A program made the translations under genes and the position numbers. The notes beneath the pieces were generated by a model that was given only the letters and a program-made list of their open reading frames with translations, did no database searches and was not told the origin of the DNA. A DNA stretch of 55,157 bases, filler included, from Sluysia triapertura (Eukaryota): NCBI GenBank assembly GCA_046118255.1. It is 4 parts of 4 records of this genome, joined end to end, with 100 filler letters (N's around TTAATTAATTAA, not from the genome) between each part and the next. Parts side by side here need not be neighbours in the genome. Positions count along the whole stretch, not along the records: positions 13,515 to 27,459 come from JBJNIA010013646.1; positions 27,560 to 41,239 come from JBJNIA010025840.1; 2 more parts are not named here. One strand, given 5' to 3'. Every line of letters begins with the position of its first letter. Positions within the stretch are counted from its first letter, which is position 1. Positions 26,000-38,389 of the stretch are shown here, piece after piece.

Positions 26000-26489
26000 C
26001 AGTTGTGGCTAAATTATTAGACTAAAACAGGTAAAATATGTTTTTCTTTGGTTTTCTTAATATTTGCTACCCTGGCCTGGAAACTCTTCAGACATGAACC
26101 ACTTAGAAAATCTGTGGAAGATTGTCAAAAGGAAAGTTTGTACCCAAAAAACAACTACCAGGAACTTATTGAAACCCTGATAGAAGTGTGACATCCGTGT
26201 TAAGCCTTTAAGGATCAGAAAATTATTGGATAACCAAGGACTGATATAACAGTTTGTACATATTTGATTTACAGTAAAATGTGTTATCACATACTACATG
26301 AACAAAATTTCTGCATGTTTTGGATCTCAGTATTTTTATCTATTATGTTACTTTCACCACAACTTTTTGGATAAAGTAGTTATTTTCCGTAGTAGTAAAC
26401 TACTTTTGATTAATAGTTTCATAGTATCTTTGACAAATGTTGACTTTGTCACAAAAATGGTCTTTATTCTAATAATCTGACCACCACTG
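26000..26489 (+). mobile_element. Non-autonomous Tc1 deletion derivative, copy 1
   Basis: TA|CAGTTGTGGCTAAATTATTAGA ... TCTAATAATCTGACCACCACTG TIRs. Retains WPGNSSDMNHLENLWKIVKR, the Tc1 DD34E motif (WPxxSPDLNPIENLW). Confidence 0.9.
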
Positions 26490-27459
26490 CATACATATAT
26501 AATTATTATTCTACATATATCAATAATTATCTAGAAAATTATTCTTAATTGCTATTACTATAGTGGCTATTCAATCACAATTAGTATATTTTTGTAACAA
26601 AAGAATACTTTTCTGTTCCTTGAAGCAAATTTAATTGAATGTGTGATTTTTTAAGATAATTTTACATATTCTGATTTGTTCTCACTAAAATAATCTCTTA
26701 ACATATTTAACAATGTTTTCTCAAAATCTTCATATTAATTCAATTTCTTTTTTATAGCATTTTGAATAGCTAGTATTTCTTCTTGATTTTTCTTTTTTTT
26801 CTACAGGGTCGTTTTGCAGAAACATTCTTACCAATAAAAATCCTGTAATTACGTCTTATGTACGACATAAATCGCGAATTACAGGCCGACTCGAAATATA
26901 CATTGTTATAATGGTTGGTGTAATTATAAATAAACACAAACATATGCAATACGCATTTACAACAAATAGGTACCACACTAGTCCTGAAAATATAATGAAC
27001 AAGTTCTTATCTTTACTATTGAGTCATGTTTAGAAACAACTTAAAGGTAAGACTTAACCTTTTTATTCATTACAATGATGTAAAATGAAAAATTTCAGAA
27101 TTTTTATATTCGAACAGATAAAAACCCAAAGATTTTGACAAACTTTGTCAGGTTTTTTCGTTCACTGATTCGTATTTATTTTTTGAAACATTATCATTCT
27201 TCTTAAGTGTATAAAATGCTTAGTTTTGATTGTTGTTTGTAATTAATCTTATCATATACCGAATATTTAAATAATTCTAACACAGAGATGGTACCTTACA
27301 ATTACTTAACTACATAATGTGAATTTATTGTAAAAAACCCTTTAATTGTAAATTGTGTCTTATAATTGATTTTTAATGTAAAGTATGTTTTATAATTGAT
27401 TTTAAAAATTTATCATTATTATATAATTAACAAAAAATTAAAAAAATTATAAAATTTAT

Positions 27460-27559
27460 NNNNNNNNNNNNNNNNNNNNNNNNNNNNNNNNNNNNNNNNN
27501 NNNTTAATTAATTAANNNNNNNNNNNNNNNNNNNNNNNNNNNNNNNNNNNNNNNNNNNN
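27460..27559. other. Artificial gap spacer (44 N + TTAATTAATTAA + 44 N)
   Basis: Same structure as the other two gaps. Confidence 0.97.

Positions 27560-27627
<68 letters not shown>
27560..27627. repeat. (AAT)n microsatellite at contig edge
   Basis: Perfect tract starting at the gap boundary. Confidence 0.95.
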
Positions 27628-27629
<2 letters not shown>

Positions 27630-28167
27630 GTGATGGCGATGGTCATGATGACAATAATACTAGTAAATATAATAATGATAATAATAGAAATAGTAATAAT
27701 AAATATATTAGTATCTTATTTAATGATTGTCAGAATCCAAAATTTTCTTAAAGCTATACTACTTAATGACATAAAATCAATTGTTTTGAGTGAAATTATG
27801 ATTTTGGTCGAATCGTTATTTGTAATAAGAAATATTTGTTTATTTAAATAACAAGGCTATTCAAAAATAATTAATAATATAGGGAAGACGACATATTTCG
27901 TATTTAATTCAGACATGTCAATGTATAAATTTTATTCTGGATAATAACAAAACTAAATCATTCTATTGCCAATAACAATTATTTATATTATAATTTTGTA
28001 AGTTTGTAATAAGTTCTGAAGATTTTTCGAAAGGACTTTTCGATGTTTTAACACTAACTTAAACTGTGTAAAATTAGGCTTAATTGTAATAAAAGTGAAA
28101 AAAAGTGAAACTTGAAAAACTCGAAATACATTTATAATGAAATTAATAAAATTTATGAACGGTTCAG

Positions 28168-28514
28168 CAGCGATTGGTGGTCTTACAAACAACGTACCAT
28201 ATTCGATTTCATCATCTTCAGCCACAACCCCCACAAATACTCCCTCAACCTCCACTCATTCTAGTGGAAGTAATCACACCAATAAACTACTTTATCCGGC
28301 AATCAGTGTTTCTCATGGTATTAAATTGCGATTGATCAGTGGACTCCCGACTCCCAACACATATTTCGAAGACGATCCGTCCTATCTCAACAAGACATCT
28401 AGTAACAATGAAAATTCTACTCGCAGCAGTCTCGAAGACATCACAACACCATCGCTCACACGGCGAATAGACGTCACAACATCCTACTTAATGGATGGAA
28501 TCACTACATTATAA
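28168..28514 (+). CDS. Probable terminal coding exon: Ser/Thr-rich tail ending in a class I PDZ-binding motif (-ITTL)
   Basis: GC-elevated stop-free frame, candidate TTCAG/CAGCAG acceptor at about 28167-28170, ends YLMDGITTL-TAA, AATAAA at about 28539. 5' boundary uncertain. Confidence 0.6.
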
Positions 28515-29145
28515 CAAATCAATTTGTACATTTATGTAAATAAATAATAAGATTTTAATATTCGATTATTTTAATTTGTAGACATAGCATTGTATTTCAT
28601 TTCAACTTTTTTTCTTTCGCATTTTATGAATTGTTGGGTGTCTTTTATTGTTAAATTTTTCGATAGTAAAATTTTTGATTTTATATATCTTTATGTCTAA
28701 TTACGAATGTTGAATAAATAATGTGTGTTAATTCTATGTTTTATAGTTAGAATTAATCAATTAGTTCTATTGTAATTTAGAACTATTGTAGTTTGAACTG
28801 TTCAACTAATAATAATTTCTAATATTACATTGGAAAGAAAGTGTAATAACATTTTTCCACATTCATATTTATTAAAAGTATAAGCGACATATAAATTTCA
28901 AATGCTATTTTATTCGTATTAGATGTTGTATTCTTTTGCATTCACTTAGTGTTTTTCTAAAGATTTTGTAAGTTCTTTCACAAATTTAGACATCCAGGAT
29001 AAACTCAGATTTGGATGACATCAAAAACTGAAAAGTACACTTGTTTAGTGCAGTACAAGACTTTCAGATAGATTCAAAAGTTCCTGAATACGGACTGGTT
29101 TACAAATAAAAAACTAAATAATATAATTATCCATTATCAAAATAA

Positions 29146-29290
29146 GGACAATCACTAAAATTATATAAACCGTTCAAAGGACCTTATAAAGTAATGAAAA
29201 TTACATCCTTTGAAATCTATGTATTAAGGATCATAGTAAAATTGATATGGAGACTTGTAGTTCATGTGAGTAGATGTAAATTAGCTCCAA
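29146..29290 (+). mobile_element. Ty3/Gypsy integrase C-terminal GPY/F module remnant
   Basis: GQSLKLYKPFKGPYKVMKITSFEIYVLRIIVKLIWRLVVHVSRCK matches KL.P.(F/Y).GPY.V......Y.L......VVHV.RLK. Confidence 0.8.
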
Positions 29291-30597
29291 AGTAGAATAG
29301 AAATGTTAGAAGTAGAAAGATTATGAAGAATGTAGGAAAGGTTAAACAAGCCTCATTCAATGTATTCATTTATATATAAAGAGGAACAATAATAATAAAT
29401 CAAATGGTTATACGTTCCAAAGCGCTCAATTTAATAATAGATAGATTCTAACTGTAATTATAATTGATACTGCCCTACTATTTCGATCATTCATAAATTT
29501 TTATGATAGACCAACCCATTCAAGATTAATGGAGTAGTACAGAATCACATAAGAGTTTTAGATAAATATGTCAAAATTCAGATAAATGTATGGGATAATA
29601 CCCCTTTTGAATTAATCGTATGTATGGATGTATTTAATAGAAATGACTTTGTAAAATTACAACAAGTAGTGCATACAATGTTACCTCATATTAATATTTC
29701 GCATAATGATGTTCAGAATTTGCGATACCTCTAGCACCATTTCATAATACCGATGTTCCACAAGTAAACACGCAAACCACTCATGACATACCTAGTCTGC
29801 TTGTGCCAACTTCAGAATTACTTAGAATAAATTTCTCACTATGACTTAAGATTCTTCAACTCGTGCAACACAATCGTTACAACCACCTTTCGGAACATCA
29901 GGAATAGTATCCCATTATTTCAGTGGAATGATGCTTATAACTGGTAGAAATAATAAGAAAATACAAAATTACTATTTGCATTTCTACAATTAATATTGTC
30001 TAAAAAATTAATCCCACACCACTTATTCTAAATGGATTGTATGCATTTAAGGCCTCTAATAATAGGTCAACCATATGTAAATAATAATAATTCTCATTTT
30101 TTATGTTTCCAGAATAAACCAATGTTGGTAAAATTTTTCTTACGTACAACGATATCGTTTCATTAAGGCAATAGAAAATAATGCGAAAGTACCACCACTA
30201 AACAGTTATAAATGTTTACACACTAATGAAAAAATCTATACCATCTTGTAATGTATCTACCATAACAATTTTGAAAACAATTAACCTTAATATTACTAGG
30301 ATCTACATTATAATATATATTTTGAAAAGTTTTTTATTGATAAATTTCATGTGAATCTCAAAAAATTAAAAACCAATAGAACTTTTGTACCTATAACTAT
30401 GTTAACGTTAATAACATTTCGTATTGCAAGTGTTTGAGCTAAAAGTTTGCAAAAATAGTTTTCTGAAGGATAGTTCACCTAATAGAGCCGTTTTATATCT
30501 GGTCGAAGGCGATCTATCAGGATTTGATTTTTTAAAGAACTTAAAAAGAATGCTACTACGCTTAATAAGAATTAGTTTTATAAATTCTATTCGATAA

Positions 30598-30716
30598 ATT
30601 AAACTAGCCGAATTATGGTCTAGTTTCTAGATAGTTAAGCTAGCCGATTATGGTCAAAATTATATTAAAAATAATTTAATACAGTTAAACGTTAAGCTAG
30701 CAAATAAGGTCTAGCA
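30598..30716. repeat. Three degenerate direct repeats of about 25 bp with internal dyad symmetry
   Basis: AAACTAGCCGAATTATGGTCTAGTTT (30601), GTTAAGCTAGCCGATTATGGTC (30634), GTTAAGCTAGCAAATAAGGTCTAGC (30691). Confidence 0.7.
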
Positions 30717-31873
30717 AATAACTAATATTTCAGGTTTATAAAACGAAAAATAAGTTCTTGAAAAAACTTTTTTAGCTAAATAATCGACTATAACAAATGT
30801 AATAATAGTAGTACAAATAAATAATGGTAGTATCAATAGTTATTTTAGATTACTTAAGGAAGGAATTTCCTTAGCAATTGTTTAGAATTTAAAAAGAGAA
30901 TTAAACTAGCCTTTTAAGATCGTGTTCAGATTAATAATTTTAAGTTGATTTTAGTTATTTCTTATTAAGATAAGAATTTTAAAATCCTATATAAAAAACA
31001 ATCTACTTCTTCTCATGGAAAATTGGAACAAATTGAAACGCATAAATTGATGATGAATTTTTTGTCTGGCTTTAACAGTGAAAATTCAGCCATTTATATA
31101 GCTAAATTTTCAATGAGGCAGCCATATTGAAATATTTATTTAATTGATTTAGCAAAACAAGAAATGAAATTATTTTCTTTTAGATTATTATTAGAAATTA
31201 TATTATTATCATTTTTTAAATTATGAAATTAAAAGTTTTATTATTATCGAAACCAAATTTAAAACTTTAATTTATTTTATAAATTAAAAAATAATAGTTT
31301 TAATTCTTTTATAATAAATTCAAATATAATAATCAAAATATACAAAACTTGTATAATAAAACATAATATAATAAAGCATATTCTTACAGTATTGTAATGA
31401 ACTCTAGGGAACTCGACATTTTCACATCAAAAGCACAAACACATTTTATCACATATGAACATTTAATACATAAACAAAACACTAAATAAATTACTCGATT
31501 CATTCAAAAAATAAACATAGTCATTGTATATAGTTATCATTAATTATGTTTATTGTTACCATAACTTCTACTACAATAATAACTCACGCAATAATTTCAT
31601 ATAATCTTGACTCTGTCAAATTATCATATTGAATTACGTAATAAATCAAATAAAATTTCATTCTCGTAATAGTTATCGTTATAATTTTATTATTGTTAAA
31701 ATCATCTTAGTTCTTCAATTTTTTGCTTGTATGCATGTCTATATGCAATTATGTATGTATGTTTGCACTTCTGTATGAGTGTTTATTCTTTTTCACTCTT
31801 CCCTTATATTTTATTAGTGTATAGACTTTAATATTGAGATGTACTTTCAAAACAGAAGTAATCAAACTCAAAT

Positions 31874-34800
31874 TTATCGAGAGATATTATATGCGTATCT
31901 AATTCCAATTACAAATTTAGTAAATTTATGTGGAATGACATTTGTTTTTACAACCATACGAAGTGTACATATTATTGATATTATAGAAATCTTACCAGCT
32001 TTAGAATGTTGATATTTGATATTTAATCCAAAATTCGAATATAAAACAACGCATGATTTTAATTTATGCAACTAATCAATAACATTTATGAACATAAATT
32101 GAATCCATATCCATAATACTACTTAATCTTTTACATAAGCGTGAAATGTGTAATGTAACGCGTGTAACAGAAATTCATTATGTTATTGATATAGAACCAC
32201 TGAAAACTGGTATTACCGTCTATATAATATTAATTAACAATGAAAATAATCATTATTACTTAAGATTTCATGCCGTATTATAATGTTTGTGTTTCGGCAC
32301 AGGTGGATATTAATGAAAGTAAAGATATAAATAATTGTCGTACATCTTAATGCCATACATTAATAAACTTTCTACCGAAAAATCTGAGCACATAAAAACA
32401 GTTTATTATTGGTTCGTATCGATATTTATTCCATCAGCTATGCTTTCAAAAATTATTGGTATGCCAATTTATGATTTAAAATTTTGCCATTTATTCAAGT
32501 GAATTACTGCTGTTTTCTTGTGCAACATTCAGTTTTTGTGGAGGGCGTTAAGTAATTTAATTGTAATAAATTATAATTATTTCCATTTAATTTTAATAAA
32601 TTATGCTTAATTCTATTAATTTTTGAATAGGTATTAAAAAAATTACTAAACGTTATATTTTTGTGAAATAATTTTATCAGTTACAGAAACTATCTGTTCT
32701 AACAACAGTGTAGATAACGACAGTATATTAACTACAGAATTATTCGATTTTGAAGTTTCATTTTGATTTGACATTTTTACCGGTTTGTGTTTATTATGAG
32801 CTTCATAATTGGATTTCTGTTTGGAAATGCTATTTTCTTTACTTGTAGTAGTTAAAGCAGTGTTGGCATTTTTAATTGTGCTTTCCGTACCGTGCATTGA
32901 TTTTTTCCTACACATGTTCTATCCTCCTCGTCTTCATAACAAGTGTCTATTTCAAATTCTTCTTGAGAATTTAGACAAACTGAACATTCTTCTGTCTTAT
33001 TTCCCAATGCTAATGGCTCATCTCTTACGGATTTTTGTTAACCTTAAGAGATATATTTTCACTCAGAAATTTTTTGCATTGGAAGTTTCCATAAGATCTG
33101 AACAAGTTAAAAGTCTGGGTTTTAACATTTCGTGCAATGTATAAATATTTTGAGATACATGATCCAAATTGTAACCAACTGTAGTATTTGAGCTTTCGAG
33201 TTGATTTATTGGAATTGTACAGGATAAATTCATTGATTTATCATCAAATTTAAAATCTGATAAATCTTCATTAAATAGGTGTCGTTTGCTTACAGAATCA
33301 GCGTTAAACAAATCGCCGAATGAAATGCAATTCGATGTGGAAGTTATATCACTATCTTTAAAAGACAGTCCACAACCTGATTTATCACTTAGTCTAGGTC
33401 TAAACTTTGGGTCAGTTTGAGTTAATGAAGATACTTTTAACAAAAAAATCCAAATATGATTAATTTGATAAACAATGATGGTCAACGTTGCCAAAATTTA
33501 CTATCAACTGAATATTTATAGTCGCCATTGTAAAATTTATATCACTCTGCATTTACGTTTGCATTACAGGTACTGTATGGTGCTTGGAATTCTCGATTTT
33601 GTAATACGATAAGTTGAACATCATTATACGTATTTGGAAGCAACCACAGAGATACAGATATCAAATGCATAATTTACAGATTGACACTTCTATAAATACA
33701 TACAAAATGGAAAAAGAAAGATTAATACTAAGGATAAAAGAAAATAATAATGATAAAAATAACGTGGTTATTATGTTTATTAATACTGAATTGTTGATGT
33801 TGATATAAAATTTATTGTGAAATTTATTATAAAAGTTATTATTTGATAATCATATTATATAACAATAATGACTATAATTATTATATATAGTTTAATACGA
33901 TTTGAATTGTAATAATAATAGCTGTAGTTCATGATAATTATGTGCGATGATTATGTTTGTTTTTTGAATGAGTTTAGTAGTTTGTTTAATAATCTGTGTA
34001 CATGTGAAATGTTTTTATGTGATGAAGTGTGATGAATTTTGTGTGATTTCCCTACAATAAATATTAGGTTGGCCACCACAATTATTATTCTTAAGAATTT
34101 TCTTAAACCTTCCTTTTGTTTCGATTCCTTTATGAAGAGTTCCCTATTGTTTAAATTTCTACTTTTATAAATTTTCCATTTCCACTACTCATTTTATTTT
34201 ATTATGAATAATAATTTCAACATCCAATTTGGATATCATGAAGTACTGTTACATTTGGAATTAGAAGGGTGCGGAATACTCACACATTTTTATCAATACT
34301 ATAGGAAAATTTGTAGGTTTATATTGAACTTAACATAATGTCAGGTAAAGTAAACTTATTACGACTACTAAGCAGCACCCATGAGTAGCTCACCTCGACG
34401 TATTTGAAGATTACAGACATAATTTGATTACGTAATTTGTGGCGGATTCGAACAATAAAAAGCGCATGAACTAAGATTTTGTTAAGTTTGAATTCAAAAA
34501 ATAAATTGTTTTATGAACCTCTCATTTGTTCTTTCATAGTAAGAATGCCATTTGCTGTACGATGACCACTCCAAACATGAATTGATTGAAATATATAACC
34601 GACTGATTATAACTTGAATTTGATGATGAATTTCAAAGATTTGTTTCTCATTCTTTGGCATTTCATAGTGATAGTACTTTTCGGCATATGCATCAGATTT
34701 AGAATTTTGAATACCATATGAACCTTTTAAATCTAGCTTCAATTCAGACTATATCATAGGAGTCGTGACGTATTACATCTATTTTCTGGTTCTAATTTGT

Positions 34801-34924
34801 TGACTGCATTGTTGAATAGATCAATTAATATTCACATCATTGTACATCCATCAAAGATAGCACTGGATCATGTGTCCTTGAGCATACTCTGAAGCACTGT
34901 TGCTCACTTATTCAACATCAATAA
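31874..34924 (-). pseudogene. Decayed multi-exon gene of unknown identity
   Basis: Co-oriented coding-like blocks (ORFs 34494-34742, 33063-33494, 32646-32915, 31874-32071, and a stop-riddled block at about 32270-32545) with AG acceptors and AT-rich spacers. Numerous in-frame stops and frameshifts. Confidence 0.55.
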
Positions 34925-35534
34925 CTGATTTCAAATTCATAATAAAAGATAATGATAAATTACTTATGATAATAAATAACTAAAACAAATAAAAAAATCT
35001 TAATGCATTTCCTATAATAATAATAATAAGAAAATAATGGAGCAAAAATGATTTTATTTCTATAATTTTATTAAATAAAAATGGAACTATGTTAGTAATA
35101 TAGTAATACAGTAAAAATTGCGTTTCGAAAAGAATATTTCACAGGTAAATCGATTTAGAATTTAAAAATTACTACAACAGTGGAGATGTAAACAGAATAC
35201 AAATATAATGAAGTTTAGATTAAAAAACATAGTACAATATTAAAATAATACCAAATGAAGCTTCAAATATTCTTTCTTCTATGAAATTATTGATAATTTA
35301 GAATAGAAAACTTTAACGATTCAAAATATTTATTAAACATTAATACGTAGAATGGTCGATTATGATCTGTCTATTAATTGGTCGATTAATGTCTGCTTCT
35401 TTAGTTAACTTAATGGTATGTATGATTTTATTATTACCTAACCTATCTAAATTGATGATAACAAACTTCCTTATGAGTCAATACTCGTCTCTGGTATACG
35501 AGATGGAAGTGCAATATTTAGTTATTTTCCTACA

Positions 35535-35558
35535 CCGGTTCACCGGGAACAGCCCTAC
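35535..35558 (+). mobile_element. Helitron-like 3' terminus, copy 1
   Basis: CCGG-TTCA-CCGG hairpin, 8 nt, then CTAC (CTAG-like). 19/21 identical to 35893-35913. Confidence 0.45.
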
Positions 35559-35890
35559 TCAATAATTAAACTCCCAATGAATGATTTAATAATAATGTAT
35601 TATTCAGTTAAATAAAATACAATAAAAACAAAATGAAATTACAAACTAACGCTATGAATTTCGATGGCTTTTTAATAAAATAAAGGAAGAACCAGATATA
35701 TATATTACACTATATATGTATATTATACAATATATAATGAGATGTGTTTTGTATTATAAAACATTGATTTCCCAATTAGGAATTTATTGTAAATATTATA
35801 TAATTTGATTTCAAAAACACTCAAGAAGGATAATGAAAATGCATGATTTTTAAGACCATTATACTGATGATCATGTTCATAAGATAAAAT

Positions 35891-35914
35891 CAGGTGCACC
35901 GGAAACAGCCCTAG
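35891..35914 (+). mobile_element. Helitron-like 3' terminus, copy 2
   Basis: CAGGTGCACCGG hairpin, AAACAGCC, then CTAG. Confidence 0.45.
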
Positions 35915-35976
35915 AATTATTTTGAAATCTTGTACTTTCGGTGGTGAGTTTTTGTTGTATTTTCAATTGTGTTTCA

Positions 35977-36039
<63 letters not shown>

Positions 36040-36551
36040 CGTATTATCATTTAATAAATTTTGACCTTAATTCATATAAATAAGAATAAAAGGAATAAAA
36101 TCAAATTTACACGATCCAAGTAAAGTCGAATAATAATTACAACACATAATTTAAATATTATATATCCAAACGAATATTCAAAATATTCAAAACAAAAAAT
36201 ATAAAATATTGATTAAAATAATATCAATCATTAAACATTTATTATTGATTTTCGCAGTTCATAGATTGAATATAGATTTGTTGTATGCATAACGGTATGA
36301 AATATCTAGTTTAAACGTAATAAAAAAGTACAGCATTACTCTAGTCTTCAATTAAATTACCAGCAATTTCTTCAGCGACGACATTGATTTCTCTCGTGTG
36401 TGTGGTTTTAGTAAAAATCACTTGTTTATATAGTGGTTTTTTCTATTGTTTAATTTCTTCATAAAATATATACGTTTTATTCATCCATATTCGTAACGAA
36501 GCCCTGGATATCTAAAATAAATGTCATTAAGATGAACTTCAATGCCACATA

Positions 36552-36989
36552 CAGTGGTGGCCAAATTATTAGACTAAAACAGGAAAAATATGTTTTTCTT
36601 TGGTTTTATTAATATTTGCTGCCCTGACCTGGAAACTCCAGACATGAGTCCCATAGAAAACCTGTGGAAAATTGTCAAAAGGAGAGATTCTACCCATAAA
36701 CCAACTATCAGGACGGAACTTATTGAAACCCTGATAACGAGATCAAAGACTTGTACATATTTGATTTGTAGTAAACTGTGTTATCACATTCTACATGAAT
36801 AAAATTTCTGTATGTATTGGATCTCAGTATTTTTATCTATCATTTTACTTTCACCAGAATTTTTTCGAGAAAATAATTATTTTCCAACACTTTACATTTT
36901 CCGTGACAATGTTTTTATACACTTTTGATTAATAGTTTCGCAGTATCCTTGAAAAATGTTGAATTTTATCACAAAAATGGCCACCATTG
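36552..36989 (+). mobile_element. Non-autonomous Tc1 deletion derivative, copy 2
   Basis: TA|CAGTGGTGGCCAAATTATTAGA ... TGGCCACCATTG|TA. Encodes PDMSPIENLWKIVKR and is colinear with 26000-26489. Confidence 0.9.
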
Positions 36990-37278
36990 TAGGCACTGTA
37001 TGAAATAGCACAGAATTTTTAATTACTGACATATTATGAAATATCTAAGAAAAATCAAATTCTCGATAATCGCGCTGTGTCATCCAGATTTTGTATAATA
37101 GAATAAAAATCTGAATAAGTTTTTGATATTTTCAGAAATAGTTTAATAAATAGTTTCTCATATTCATTTCGCATAAATAAAATGAGTAAACATCAAAAAC
37201 ATCCAACTTTTTAATCAATGATCAAGCTTCTTTTATTGACAATATTGACAATATTTATGTGTAAAATGATTTGTTCAG

Positions 37279-38332
<1,054 letters not shown>

Positions 38333-38389
38333 ATAATAAGTTGTTGAATGATTGTTTACTTTTAAAACATTGTTGTGTCTTGAATTTTG

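Noticed and set aside
32809-33144. Plus-strand 111-aa ORF (also minus-strand 27983-28255)
   Set aside because: Antisense shadows of better-supported coding frames on the opposite strand.
31874-34924. Alternative nuclear genetic code (stop-codon reassignment)
   Set aside because: All three stop types occur alongside frameshifts, while the ALKBH6 and ATG2 exons are stop-free and ALKBH6 ends at TAA where homology ends.
35860-35895. Hammerhead ribozyme cores (CTGATGA here and at about 42643; CTGAAGA at about 28015 and on the minus strand at about 22510)
   Set aside because: The GAAA core and/or stems I and III cannot be completed convincingly.
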